DNA of 64,000 nucleotides from Octopus vulgaris. Taxonomy: Eukaryota. Below, piece by piece: positions 13,001 to 25,481 of the stretch (the stretch's first letter is position 1; each line of letters opens with the position of its first letter). The notes beneath the pieces are model-generated. The model was not told the origin of the DNA. It ran no database searches and saw only the letters and a list, made by a program, of their open reading frames with translations. The translations under genes were made by a program, and so were the position numbers. The stretch spans positions 212,102,001 through 212,166,000 of the forward strand of contig OX597815.1 of the NCBI GenBank assembly GCA_951406725.2, in the 5' to 3' direction.

Positions 13001-16000
13001 GTTTCCGGAATTTTAGCGCGCCAAAACTGAGACATTTGAAATTAACCGCAATGTAATCGTTGAAACTAAGCACGTGTCTGTTTTTATACGGAAAACTGGT
13101 GATTAGGTTTACAAATTATATTACCTGTGGAACGATCGCACTGATGAGCCTACGGACGAGGGATTACATATCTGATTCATTCGTTCATTGGCGAAACCGC
13201 CGGTCTGTGAGTAGTTCTTGTTTTTTATATAATTTTCATCTATCTTGCCCGCATATTGTTCTGGTGTCCGCTGAATTTTTCTCCAGAGAACATACTTTTC
13301 TTTGTAGTTTGATCGTAGGTGATCTACTTCTAGCATACGGCTGACCACTTAGTGGTTCTTTAGCCATTTTAATATACACATGTATTAGAATTTTCTCTGA
13401 TTTTTCAGATTCTTGTATTGTAGGCTACTGGTTTTAATCTGATATTAATTAAATTAATATTTAATTTATCTCCCTCATTATTTAAATGTTAAAATAAATA
13501 TGTACTCTACTCGGCGGCGTTATCTGCAGTAAATTATTTACTGCAAATTTTTTTTCCGGAATTTTAGCGCACCAGAACTCAGACATTTCAAATTAACCAC
13601 AATGTAATCGGTGAATCTAAGAATGTGTCTGTTTTTATACGGAAATCTGGTGATTAGTTTTACAAATGATATTACCTGTGGAACGATCGTACTGACGAGC
13701 CTACGGCGGGGGATTACATAAGTGATTTATTCGTTAATAGGCGAAACCGCCGGTCTGTGAGTAGTTCTTGTTTTTTATATAATTTTGATCTATCTTGCCC
13801 GCATATTGTTCTGGTGTCCGCTGAATTTTTCTCTAGAGAACATTCTTTTCTTTGTAGAATGATCGTAGGTGATCTACTTCTAGCATACGACTGACCACTT
13901 AGTGGTTGTTTAGCACTTTAGATATATACATGTATTAGAATTTTCTCTGATTTTCAGATTTTTGTATGCTAGGCTGCTTGTTTTGAATTGATATTAATTA
14001 AAATAATATTCATTTTATCTCCCTCATTATTTAAATGTTAAAATAAATATGTTCTCATATAGGTGATATTAACAGCAGTAAATTATTAATGCACATTCTG
14101 TTTCCGGAATTTTAGCGCGCCATAACTCAGACACAATGTAATAGGTGAAACTAAGCACGTGTCAGTCTTTATACGGAAAAATGGTGGTTAGTTTTACAAA
14201 TTATATTACCTGTGGAACGATCGTACTGACGAGCCTACGGACGATGGATTACATAAGTGATTCATTCGTTAATAGGCGAAACCGCCGGTCTGTGAGTAGT
14301 TCTTGTTTTTTTATATAATTTTCATCTGTCTTGCCCGCATATTGTTCTGGTGTCCGCTGAAATTTTCTCAAGAGAACATACTTTTCTTTGTAGTGTGATC
14401 GTACGTGATCTACTTCTAGCATACGGCTGACCACTTAGTGTTTCTTTAGCCCTTTAAATATACACATGTATTAGAATTTTCTATGAAGTTTCAGATTTTT
14501 GTATTGTAGACAACTGGTTTTAAATTGATATTAATTAAATTAATATTCATTGTAACTCTTTCATTATTTAAATCTTAAAATCAATATGTTCTCTAATAGG
14601 TGGCATTAACTGCAGTAAAATATTTACTGCAGATTTTTTTTTCGGAATTTTAGAGCACCAGAACTCAGACATTTCAAATTAACCACAATGTAATCGGTGA
14701 AACTAAGCACCTGTCTGTTTTTATACGGAAAGCTGGTGATTAGTTTTACAAATTATATTACCTGTGCAAGGATCACACTGATGAACCTTCGAACGAGGGA
14801 TTACATAAGTGATTCATTCGTTAATAGGCGAAACCGCCGGTCTGTGAGTAGTTCTTGTATTTATATAATTTTCATCTGTCTTGCCCGCATATTGTTCTGA
14901 GGGCCGCTGAATTTTTCTCTAGAGAACATTCTTTTCTTTGTAGTGTGATCGTACGTGATCTACTTCTAGCATACGGCTGACCACTTAGTAGTTCTTTAGC
15001 CCTTTAAATATACACATGTATTAGAATTTTCTCTCATATTTCAGATTTTTGTATTGTAGACTACTTGTTTTAAATTGATATTAATTAAATTAATATTCAA
15101 TTTATCTCCCTCATTATTTGAATGTTAAAATAAATATGTTTTCTAATAGGCGGCATTAACTGCAGTAAATTATTTACTGCAGATTTTGTTTCCGGAATTT
15201 TAGCGCGCCAAAACTGAGACATTTGAAATTAACCGCAATGTAATCGTTGAAACTAAGCACCTGTCTGTTTTTATACGGAAAACTGGTGATTAGGTTTACA
15301 AATTATATTACCTGTGGAACGATCGCACTGATGAGCCTACGGACGAGGGATTACATATCTGATTCATTCGTTCATAGGCGAAACCGCCGGTCTGTGAGTA
15401 GTTCTTGTTTTTTATATAATTTTCATCTATCTTGCCCGCATATTGTTCTGGTGTCCGCTGAATTTTTCTCCAGAGAACATACTTTTCTTTGTAGTTTGAT
15501 CGTAGGTGATCTACTTCTAGCATACGGCTGACCACTTAGTGGTTCTTTAGCCATTTTAATATACACATGTATTAGAATTTTCTCTGATTTTTCAGATTCT
15601 TGTATTGTAGGCTACTGGTTTTAATCTGATATTAATTAAATTAATATTTAATTTATCTCCCTCATTATTTGAATGTTAAAATAAATATGTTCTCTAATAG
15701 GCGGCATTAACTGCAGTAAATTATTTACTGCAGATTTTGTTTCCGGAATTTTAGCGCGCCAGAACTCAGACATTTGAGATTAACCGCAATGTAATCGTTG
15801 AAACTAAGCACGTGTCTGTTTTTATACGGAAAACTGGTGATTAGGTTTACAAATTATATTACCTGTGGAACGATCACACTGATGAGCCTACGGACGAGGG
15901 ATTACATAAGTGATTCATTCGTTAATAGGCGAAACTGCCGGTCTGTGAGTAGTTCTTGTTTTTTACATAATTTTCATCTCACTTGCACGCATATTGTTCT

Positions 16001-17223
16001 GGTGTCCGCTGAATTTTTTTCTAGTGAATATTCTTTTACGATCAAACTACAGTTTGATCGTAGGTGATCTATTTCTAGCATACGGCTGACCACTTCGTGT
16101 TTTTATAGCCCTTTAAATATACACATGTATTAGAATTTTCTCTGATTTTCAGATTTTTGTATGCTAGGCTACTGGTTTTAATCTGATATTAATTAAATAA
16201 ATATTCATTTTATCTCCCTTATTATTTAAATGTTAAAATTAATATGTTCTCTAATAGGCGGCATTAACTGCGGTAAATTATTTACTGCAGATTTTGTTTC
16301 CGGAATTTTAGAGCACCAGAACTCAGACATTTCAAATTAACCACAATGTAATCGGTGAATCTAAGAATGTGTCTGTTTTTATACGGAAATCTGGTGATTA
16401 GTTTTACAAATTATATTACCTGTGGAACGATCGTACTGACGAGCCTACGGCGAGGGATTACATAAGTGATTTATTCGTTAATAGGCGAAACCGCCGGTCT
16501 GTGAGTAGTTCTTGTTTTTTATATAATTTTCATCTATCTTGCCCGCATATTGTTCTGGTGTCCGCTGAATTTTTCTCTAGAGAACATTCTTTTACGATCA
16601 AACTACAGTTTGATCGAAGGTGATCTACTTCTAGCATACGGCTGACCACTTAGTGGTTCTTTAGCCCTTTAAATATACACATGTATTAGAATTTTCTCTG
16701 ATTTTTCAGATTTTTGTATTGTAGACTACTGGTTTTAATCTGATATTAATTAAATTAATATTAAATTTATCTCCCTCATTATTTAAATGTTAGAATAAAT
16801 ATATCCTTTAATAGGCTCATTAACTGCAGTAAATTATTTACTGCAGATTTCGTTTCCGGAATTTTAGCGCACCAGAACTCAGACATTTCAAATTAACCAC
16901 AATTTAATCGGTGAATCTAAGCACTTGTCAGTTTTTATACGGAAAAATGGTGATTAGTTTTACAAATTATATTACCTGTGGAACGATCGTACTGATGAGC
17001 CTACGGTCGAGGGATTACATAAGTGATTCATTCGTTAATAGGCGAAACCGCCGGTCTGTGAGTAGTTCTTGTTTTTTATATAATTTTGATCTATCTTGCC
17101 CGCATATTGTTCTGGTGTCCGCTGAATTTTTCTCTAGGGAACATTCTTTTCTTTGTAGTTTAATCGTAGGTGATCTACTTCTAGCATACAGTTTTACCAC
17201 TCAGTGGTTTTTCAGCCCTTTAA

Positions 17224-17300
<77 letters not shown>

Positions 17301-17301
17301 T

Positions 17302-17335
<34 letters not shown>

Positions 17336-17349
17336 ATATATATACATAC

Positions 17350-17410
<61 letters not shown>

Positions 17411-17423
17411 CGTATACATATAT

Positions 17424-18064
17424 AAAAAGTAAAATTTTCAGCACCGAATACTGCTTGGTCGAATTTATTAACAATTAATTAATTCTACCCCTTTTTTTAT
17501 GACAATATAATGCTTTCTCTCCAAGAATTTGAACTGCAGTTTTTACCTCTGTAGAAATGTAATGATCTATGACTCACGTGGGTTGACAGGGAGAATAATA
17601 GATCTCATTCGTATTTTTGGATTCGCTAGTACTGGGTGTCTGGCATGGTTTGTCCGATGTTACAGATATCGGACGAGTATGTTTGATTCTTAGTATTTTC
17701 AAATCTAAATCAGAAGAAATCTCTGAGCTGATGAAGGAAAAGCGGCGTTTTACCCACAAATCCAGAAACAGACTGTCCTCGGATATCGTATATGGATGTG
17801 ATCTTTCATTGTTTTTCCCTTATACCTATGTGAGTTATTTTCTGAGTATGCATTGTCTGGAGACTTTTATTTGCAGTTGAAGAAATAGCCAAATTTTTGG
17901 CTGCTATTTCTGAAAAGTTCGGTGTGTGTGGTAAAGTGAATTTTTTACTTTACCATATTTTTATAAATTAATACTTCAAATATACCGTAAATGGTCTTTA
18001 CATACCGAATACTGCTTGGTCGAATTTATTAACAATTAATTAATTCTACCCCTTTTTTGATGAC
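17424..18064 (+). mobile_element. Non-coding HHR element in (TA)n with ~56-bp terminal direct repeat (period 561 bp)
   Basis: ACCGAATACTGCTTGGTCG..CTACCCCTTTTTT at 17443 and 18004; internal hammerhead; (TA)n flanks. Confidence 0.75.
17722..17783 (+). ncRNA. Type I hammerhead ribozyme
   Basis: Stem I TCTGAG/CTCGGA; CTGATGA; A-GGA..TCC-A stem II; GAAAC; quasi-palindromic stem III ACAGACTGT; GTC cleavage triplet (17777). Confidence 0.75.
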
Positions 18065-18065
18065 T

Positions 18066-18298
18066 ATACATATATATATATTTATATATACATATATATA
18101 CATATTTATATATACATATATATATATATTTATATATACATATATATATATTTATATATACATATATATATATTTATATATACATATATATATATATATT
18201 TATATATACATATATATATATATTTATATATACATATATATATATATTTATATATACATATATATATATATATTTATATATACATATATATATATATT

Positions 18299-18331
<33 letters not shown>

Positions 18332-18601
18332 GTATATATATAATATATATATATATATGTATATATAAATATATATATATATATTTATATATACATATAT
18401 ATATTTATATATACATATATATACATATATATATTTATATATACATATATATATATATTTATATATACATATATATATATATATTTATATATACATATAT
18501 ATATATATTTATATATACATATATATATATATTTATATATACATATATATATATATTTATATATATATATATATATTTATATATACATATATATATATAT
18601 T

Positions 18602-18671
<70 letters not shown>
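18066..18671. repeat. Compound (TA)n microsatellite with periodic TTTA/TACA interruptions
   Basis: Direct reading: recurring TATATTTATATATACATA-type units. Confidence 0.9.
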
Positions 18672-18675
<4 letters not shown>

Positions 18676-19421
18676 GCAATTAAGGACAACTACTTAATAA
18701 GGAAAACTTAACAAGAAATTGTCAGGTAGATAGCGTGAAAACCTCATAAGAGAAAAAATTTCGAAAATAATTATTTCTTATTGAACATATTAATTTATAT
18801 ATAGAGGGCATTATACATACATGCCAGAGGGCATTATACATACATGCCATACGCTAAGAGGGACAATTAGTCATTTCTACCAAAAATATTACTAATCCCA
18901 CCGAATGCAATTTTTCAAAGTAAGACATTTAAAAAATATAGACCTGTATCACAATGATTTCATACTTACGTATTCATCAGCAGGCCTGAATGTATCATAA
19001 ATAAACGACCCTGCCCCGCTTAAGCCGATCAGCTAACTGATCAACATCAACGAAGCACATGGGTGAGTTTACATATATTACATCCGGTAAATGGCATACT
19101 TTTACGAATTGCATTTCGGGAAAGGAAAAGTTTTTTTGGAATAAAAATTTAGCAATTAAGGACAACTACTTAATAAGGAAAACTTAACAAGAAATTGTCA
19201 GGTAGATAGCGTGAAAACCTCATAAGAGAAAAAATTTCGAAAATAATTATTTCTTATTGAACATATTAATTTATATATAGAGGGCATTATACATACATGC
19301 CAGAGGGCATTATACATACATGCCATACGCTAATATTTTTGGTAGAAATGACTAATTGTTCCTCTTAGCGTATGGCATGTATGTATAATGCCTCTCATGT
19401 ATGTATAATGCCCTCTATATA

Positions 19422-19425
<4 letters not shown>
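18672..19425 (-). mobile_element. Non-coding HHR element: ~1.4 tandem units (period 476 bp) plus inverted arm, in (TA)n
   Basis: 18672-18856 is repeated at 19148-19333; 19332-19425 is the reverse complement of ~18791-18892. Confidence 0.8.
18941..18986 (-). ncRNA. Canonical compact type I hammerhead ribozyme
   Basis: Reverse complement GGCCTG-CTGATGA-ATAC(GTAA)GTAT-GAA-ATCA(TTG)TGAT-A-CAGGTC: all three stems pair; GNRA loop II; AUA cleavage triplet. Confidence 0.9.
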
Positions 19426-19496
<71 letters not shown>

Positions 19497-19504
19497 CCTA
19501 TATA

Positions 19505-19546
<42 letters not shown>

Positions 19547-19547
19547 C

Positions 19548-19591
<44 letters not shown>

Positions 19592-19629
19592 CATATATAT
19601 AATTATATATATATATATATATATATACA

Positions 19630-20378
19630 TCGATATGCAGGTCACTTGAGAAAAATGTGCTATGACCCAGTTTCGTGGGATTGCGCCGGACAGACGGGGA
19701 AAAGCTTTTGTCCTGTCATTTTTATAGGGAAATTAATGAGGTTGGAAGGTACATCTGACCCTTCTCCGATATGGCAAAGTTTAAGGAAAAAATAAAATGC
19801 TACCCTTTAAAATTCGGCGATCTGGGGGTTTGTTGATCAGTTAGCAACAGATCAGTCGGCGAGGGGAGTTAAGTTTGCAACAGGGTAGTTGGCGTGAGGG
19901 TCGATGCTGAGATGACAGTTGGCAAGAGGCGAGAAGGACAGGCAGATAGTATTGAGGACATGTCGAGCGAAAGTATCTGAGAGAGATTATGGCGAGAAGG
20001 CTGGATTGCTGTAGCAGGAGTTTGTAACGAGAAAATGTGCAGTAATGTTTGTTTGTTTTTGTTGTTGACTTTTGATGTGAAATGTAAAAGAAACGAGATT
20101 ATGACGTAAACTGTAATATGTTGTAAAAAGAAGAAAATAAATTGTCTCAAAAAAAAACTGTGGAAAAGAGGAAGAAAAGAAGGGAAAAGAACATTGTGAA
20201 TTGTGTTAAAAAGAGGAAGAAAGAAAGAAAGAAAGAGAAAGACTTTAACGTTGAACTGTTTCGAACTCTGTATTTCGTTGAACATTATTGTTTTGATTTT
20301 TTTCGGACGTTCTGTATCGTGCATGCCTTGATTGTTGTTTTTTTCTTTTTAATTCTGTATTTTCTTTAATGTATCTGA
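19630..20378 (-). mobile_element. Degenerate Penelope-like 3' fragment (ORF end, 3' region, eroded HHR)
   Basis: Minus strand gives frameshifted EKYRI..STKYRVRNSSTLKSF, resembling PLE C-termini; half HHR CCCAC-GAAAC-TGG-GTC-ATAGC at ~19659-19679; ends in (TA)n; shares GTTGATCAGTTAGC with the 18672 element. Confidence 0.45.
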
Positions 20379-20380
20379 TA

Positions 20381-20456
20381 CTAGCAGAGATACCCGGCGT
20401 TGCCCGGTTACATTCGATTGAAGAATTTGATTTTTCTGTTATATATATATGTGGAT

Positions 20457-20500
<44 letters not shown>

Positions 20501-21052
20501 ACGTATATATGTATATTAATATAAATACATGAAAATACATGAAGTTTGTTAAAAAAAAAGGGGATCATGTATATACCTCCTGGCTGTTGAGATTATAACA
20601 CCTCGTTGTAAACAATGTTCCTTGTTTTTCCTTGTGGAGCATATACAAAAAGGTTTCTTTTGGTTCCTACTCTTGAGCAACCAACATACAGTTGCCCATG
20701 CGAGAAGCAGGACTCTTCCAAGAGAAGACCAGCTACAGAGAGGGTTTGACCCTGAGATTTGTTAATGGACATGGCAAAGCTGACACGAAGGGGGAATTGC
20801 AGTCTTCTGAATGTAAATGGAATTTCTGCTCCTGATGGAGTAAGAGGAAATCTTGGAATAAAGACGTCATCACCTTTTCCACATCCAGAAAGAATGATCG
20901 CCTCTCGTGTGACATCATTTTCTTTATCACCAGTCGTGTTCCATTGCAAAGTCTTGGTGGTTCCAGATTGCGGAGTAGCATTACAGGAGTTCCAACTTTA
21001 AGTGCTAATATGTGTGGAGGTAGTCCAGGAGGCTCCAGTGAATTGAGAAATT
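20381..21052 (-). mobile_element. Helitron 3' end (5' boundary not determined)
   Basis: Minus strand ends in hairpin CCGGGCAACGCCGG then CTAG (20381-20384), ~210 bp downstream of a PIF1 helicase C-terminus. Confidence 0.85.
20593..21052 (-). pseudogene. Helitron RepHel PIF1-family helicase C-terminal fragment, frameshifted near 20905
   Basis: [41 protein letters not shown] then [52 protein letters not shown]. Confidence 0.9.
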
Positions 21053-21081
21053 CCACCACCACCACCACCACCACCACCACC

Positions 21082-21113
<32 letters not shown>

Positions 21114-22540
21114 CAACAATAACAGCAACAACAACAACAACAACAGCAACGATATCGTCGTTTTGCCGTCTACCATAACTGCCAACAACAACACCACCAC
21201 TACTACAACCTCAACCACTACAAGTGACACCAACACTACCACCAAAAACAAATCCAATTTTGCACAAGCGTTAAAAATAAAAGAGACAATACTAAACTTC
21301 AAAAGTTTGTGCTAGGATAGTATTTTTTATGTAAAAGTTGTGCAACAACTAATACATTCGGTTGTGCAAATTCTTTGCACGGGAAACCTTCCCTGTGTGG
21401 CGTGTTTTCCGAGTTTGTAGAATTTGCTTTCGGCTTTCTTAGCCATTTCTGTTTTGGCGACTTCAAAGCCATGAAGTCGTCGTTCTAAAAGAAGGCTGGT
21501 CTCCTTGACAACGCTTACGACGTTGATTTCCCTACCCTGCCTTCCCCACAGCTTCATGAAGGAAGGAAGAGGGGGAAGAACAACACAGGTGCGAGCATGG
21601 ACGCCAACATCGCCGCCACCACCACCACCACTACCACCGCCACCACCGCCGCTGCCACTACCACCTCCGCCGTCACTATTTCCACCGCCACCGCCGCCAC
21701 CACCATACTATACCTCTGCTCTCTCCTTTTGGCTACTAAATCTATTACCATATTTCACAAGTACCATCGCCATACAATATTGCCTTCAAAAGTTTGTGTT
21801 TTGATAATATTTTTTATGTAAAAGTTGTGCAACAACTAAAGCATTCGGTTGTGCAAATTCTTTGCACGGGAAACCTTCCCTGTGTGGCGTATTTCCCGAT
21901 TTTGTAAATTTGTTTTCGGGCTTTCTTAACCATTTCTGTTTTGAGCATGGCGACTTCAAAGCCATGATGTCGTCGGGGAAAATGTCACTGGTCTCCCTGA
22001 CAACGCTTACGACGTTGATTTCCCTACCCTGCCTTCCCCACAGCTTCATGAAGGAGGGAAGAGGGGGAGAAGCAAGACAGGTGCAGGTGCGAGCATGGAC
22101 GCCAACTCCGCCACCGACACACAAAAAATTGGAAGAACCCAGACGACAGCTTCACAATCAAAGGACAACTTTGCCACAAACACCACCACCATCACCACGA
22201 CGACCAACACCACCACCACCACCATCACCACCACCACCACCACTACCACTACCACCATGACCACCACCACCATCACCACTACCACCATGACCACCACCAC
22301 TACTAACACCACCATGACCACCACCACCACTACCACCATGACCACCACCACCACCATCACCATCACGACCACCACCACCACCACGACTAACACCACCACC
22401 ATCACCACCACCACCACCACGACCACCAACACGACCACCACTACGACCACCATGACAACCACCACCACCATCACCACTACCAACACCATCACCACCATCA
22501 CCACCAACCACCACCACGACCACCACCACCACCACCACCA
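21053..22540. repeat. (CCA)n/(CAA)n trinucleotide tracts interleaved with two copies of a ~490-bp-period unit
   Basis: CTTCAAAAGTTTGTG..GAGCATGGACGCCAAC at ~21297-21609 and ~21785-22106. Confidence 0.85.
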
Positions 22541-22719
22541 CAGTTTGGAGATGTCTTGGCAGCGGTGTACTGCAACTGGCAGCAGAACGGAAGCATACCC
22601 GCTTTTGTGAGTTTGGATAATATTTGGCACGCATGAATGACGAAGCCACCTTGAACATGATCCTATGAACCGGAAAAAAATTATATACAGAGAGTTACTT
22701 ATTCGTAAATATAAATTAA

Positions 22720-23118
22720 CTAGCACTATCGCCCGGCGTTGCTCGGGTTTGTAAGGGAAATAACTATATAAGCATTTTTAGAGAGTTATAGCCAAAAGAT
22801 AGCAAAAAAATGCATTGAAATGGGAAAAAAAATGATGGTAAATTTTTTTTAAATCGTTGACTCATCGTAAACATTTTTAGAGAGTTACTTCCCCTATATA
22901 ATAGCGAAAAAAATGCATTCAAATGGAAAAAAATGATGGTAATTTTTTTTTTTAAATCGTAGACTCATTGTAGACGCGCGCTAATACCCAGGAGGGCTCG
23001 ATATGAATCACGACTATAAGATACCCGGTTTTGGTTAAACTGCACCGCAAAATGTGGGAGTAGTTAGGAATCTAAATCGTAGGAGACAGACACACAACTT
23101 CTCTTTTATATATAAAGA
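22720..23118 (-). mobile_element. Complete non-autonomous Helitron
   Basis: Minus strand starts TC (TCTTTATATATAAAAG), ends with hairpin CCCGAGCAACGCCGGG then CTAG; lies between host A and T with no TSD; internal ~110-bp tandem repeat. Confidence 0.85.
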
Positions 23119-23710
23119 TGTATTACGTTTTATTTGATGTTGTAGCAATTGTATAAACTGTTGTTAAATGTAAGCAAGTGCCTTCCGCCGTCTCTCTCTC
23201 TTCCTGTTGTTGTTGTTGTTATCTCCGGTTAGAGTTCGCTGCCATCTCCACCACCGTTTTCTGTGGGGTTCGAGTTGAGCGATTGCATGTTCGTAACAAT
23301 ATATATTGTCATATGCAAGAATCAAAACGATGACCTGCATAGTCATAATACGTTCGAATCTGTCAAAGTATATTAAGAATAATATGCAAGTCAGCGTTTT
23401 GATTCACTTTGTTTACCGTGCATATCACAATTTAGTATCGGTTGGCAGATATCAGAAGGGATCATCGAAAAAATTGTTCGCTGAGGTTTCAAACGAGAGC
23501 ATGAACTCTTGATAGATTCATTGGTCCACGAGTGCCTCTGGCTGACGAGAGACGCAACGTTGTCGAAACAGTGGATGTTCCAGAATCTCTTTCAATAAAT
23601 GAATCGTTTGTATCATAAATACAAACTGATCGTAAAGGACAAAATGCAACACCGATTAGCTTACTCACGTTCGAATCTGCCGGAACATATTGAGAATAAA
23701 GATGCTGTTC

Positions 23711-23749
<39 letters not shown>

Positions 23750-24339
23750 AATGTTGTAATTGTAATTTGTAAGAAGTTTTAATAAGGATGCAGATGGCAA
23801 GTTGAGAAGGCTGGTTGAGAAAATGCTGTGTGTTTCATCGTTAATAATTTCTAGGCGCAGTAAAAGAAATCGTCGCAAAATGATTTATATTGATAGATTT
23901 TATTCAAGTGCTACGAAGTTTGCACATTTACAACGAGTTGAAAGTAAATAGAAACACTGGGTTTTATAGAGAATCTAATGTAACTGAAGAGACCTACTAC
24001 TAAGCTGATTTGAAACTCTCTCGAGGTTGCCGTTAATAGTATATTAACTGTCTGCTGGTGGCAACGAGAGAGAGAGAGAGATGTGAACTTGGAAAGTTAC
24101 TGAGAAAAGAAAATGCTTTTCTCTTTGTATCTCGAGGTCAATAACAATGGAACTGGTTGAGCTAAATTAACTTTGTATCACCTAAGATGATGTCGAATTT
24201 GTCAAGTTAGACCAATAAATTCTAAGTCAAATTCTATGAACAACGGAAAGGTGTATAAAGGCTGGAAGTTCCTTTCTTTTTGCGAATTCAGTGTACACAC
24301 ACACACACGCACATATGTATACATATATAAAATATATCA

Positions 24340-24998
24340 AGTACAGGACATCCCCAATGGGTGAAAATTACGTAGGCACGCGAGCGATAAATACAGGACA
24401 AATTACCAAAAATATACAATAAAACAAGACATCACCAACGAGTGAAAAATACGTAAACACAGAGACAAGTAGGGGACAAATTACCAAAAGAAGTCTAACC
24501 CCTCCTCAGTTGTCGACTGTTAATTACTACCTCGAGCTTTCAACGACAGGAAAACTTCATAAACAGCAACTTCCAGAATATTTTAAAATGTAAAATTTCT
24601 GAAGAGTTACAGCTTCAAGCGAACAGACAAAACGAGAGAGTGGACGTACAGAGAAAACAATCGACGAAGACAAACATTAAGGGCCGTTAGGTCAAGATGA
24701 ATTGTAATGGGTAACGCCTGGGGAGAAATTTTGAAAGGATATACAATAAATCCAAGAGAAGAAAATAGTAGAGGGGGAAAAAAGGGAAAAAAAAGTTGGG
24801 AGGCGATAGAAAATTACGTCCAGCATCCAGAAAAGACGGAGGTAAGAAAAAAATGGCTTGTAGTCACGTGGGAACAAACCGGCAGAGGAGAAGGGAGGCA
24901 AGTGAGAGGATGAGGGAAAGAAACAAAGGGAGTGGGAAGGGAGAAGAAACGAAAGACAGGAGACAGCAAAGGAGGGAGATAAGTACAGGACAACTTTA
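24340..24998 (-). mobile_element. Unclassified repeat between microsatellites, possibly a PLE terminal fragment
   Basis: Internal ~85-bp duplication (GACATC..GTGAAAA..GGACAAATTACCAAAA), purine-skewed, bounded by (TA)/(CA) tracts. Confidence 0.35.
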
Positions 24999-25016
24999 TA
25001 TATATATATATATCTG

Positions 25017-25334
25017 AGACCCCCTTCAGTCACGATACAGACCATGGGTTGCACTTAGAAAGTTACCGTCCGGGTAAGGTTGTTTATGGAAGACCAGCAG
25101 TCTCCATGCATACCGGCCTCCCCTCTCCACGCCACCGATGCTGTCCAAGGGAAAGGACAAAGGCCAATACAGCTTGGCACGTGTGACGTCACAACTCATT
25201 TCTACAGCTGAGTGAACTGGAGCAACATAAAATAAAGTGTCTTGCTCAAGAACACAACACGCAGCCCGGTCCGGGATTCGAACTCACAACCTCACGATCG
25301 TAAGCTCGACGCTCTAACCACTGAGCTATGCGCC
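25017..25334 (-). mobile_element. tRNA-derived CORE-type SINE
   Basis: Head GGCGCATAGCTCAGTGGTTAGAGCG..GAGTTCGAATCCC (A/B boxes) followed by CTTGAGCAAGACACTT. Diverged copies at 27505-27792 and ~50430-50565. Confidence 0.8.
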
Positions 25335-25348
25335 TTCATACACACACA

Positions 25349-25412
<64 letters not shown>

Positions 25413-25450
25413 CATATACATACATACATATACATTCATACATACATACA

Positions 25451-25481
<31 letters not shown>

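Larger units (their letters stand above)
5971..17230 (+). repeat. Array of ~550-bp hammerhead-bearing units: 20 direct copies (6421-17230) plus one inverted partial copy (5971-6411), flanked by (TA)n
   Basis: CTGA(T/C)GA core at 6559, 6977, 7526, 8082, 8632, 9184, 9734, 10404, 10953, 11505, 12039, 12591, 13141, 13692, 14226, 14778, 15328, 15879, 16436, 16992; inverted copy at ~6312-6318. Confidence 0.95.

Noticed and set aside
6421-17230. Array as CRISPR, 5S rDNA or snRNA cluster
   Set aside because: No unique spacers, no cas genes, and no 5S or snRNA sequence recognised.
6115-17432. Recurrent 60-95 aa ORFs in array units (..[19 protein letters not shown]..)
   Set aside because: Broken by stops or frameshifts in many units, weak starts, no recognised domain. 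The RNA fold explains the conservation better.
20944-22726. Mucin-like poly-Thr, poly-Val, poly-Pro and Gly-rich ORFs
   Set aside because: Products of (CCA)n/(CAA)n tracts that are open in several frames; no splice support.
24470-24550. CTGAGGAGGGG on the minus strand as a hammerhead
   Set aside because: Could not place a GAAA box and three stems in a valid topology.
25260-25334. tRNA gene (also 39000-39071)
   Set aside because: Acceptor stem does not close and the sequence continues into SINE body; these are SINE heads.
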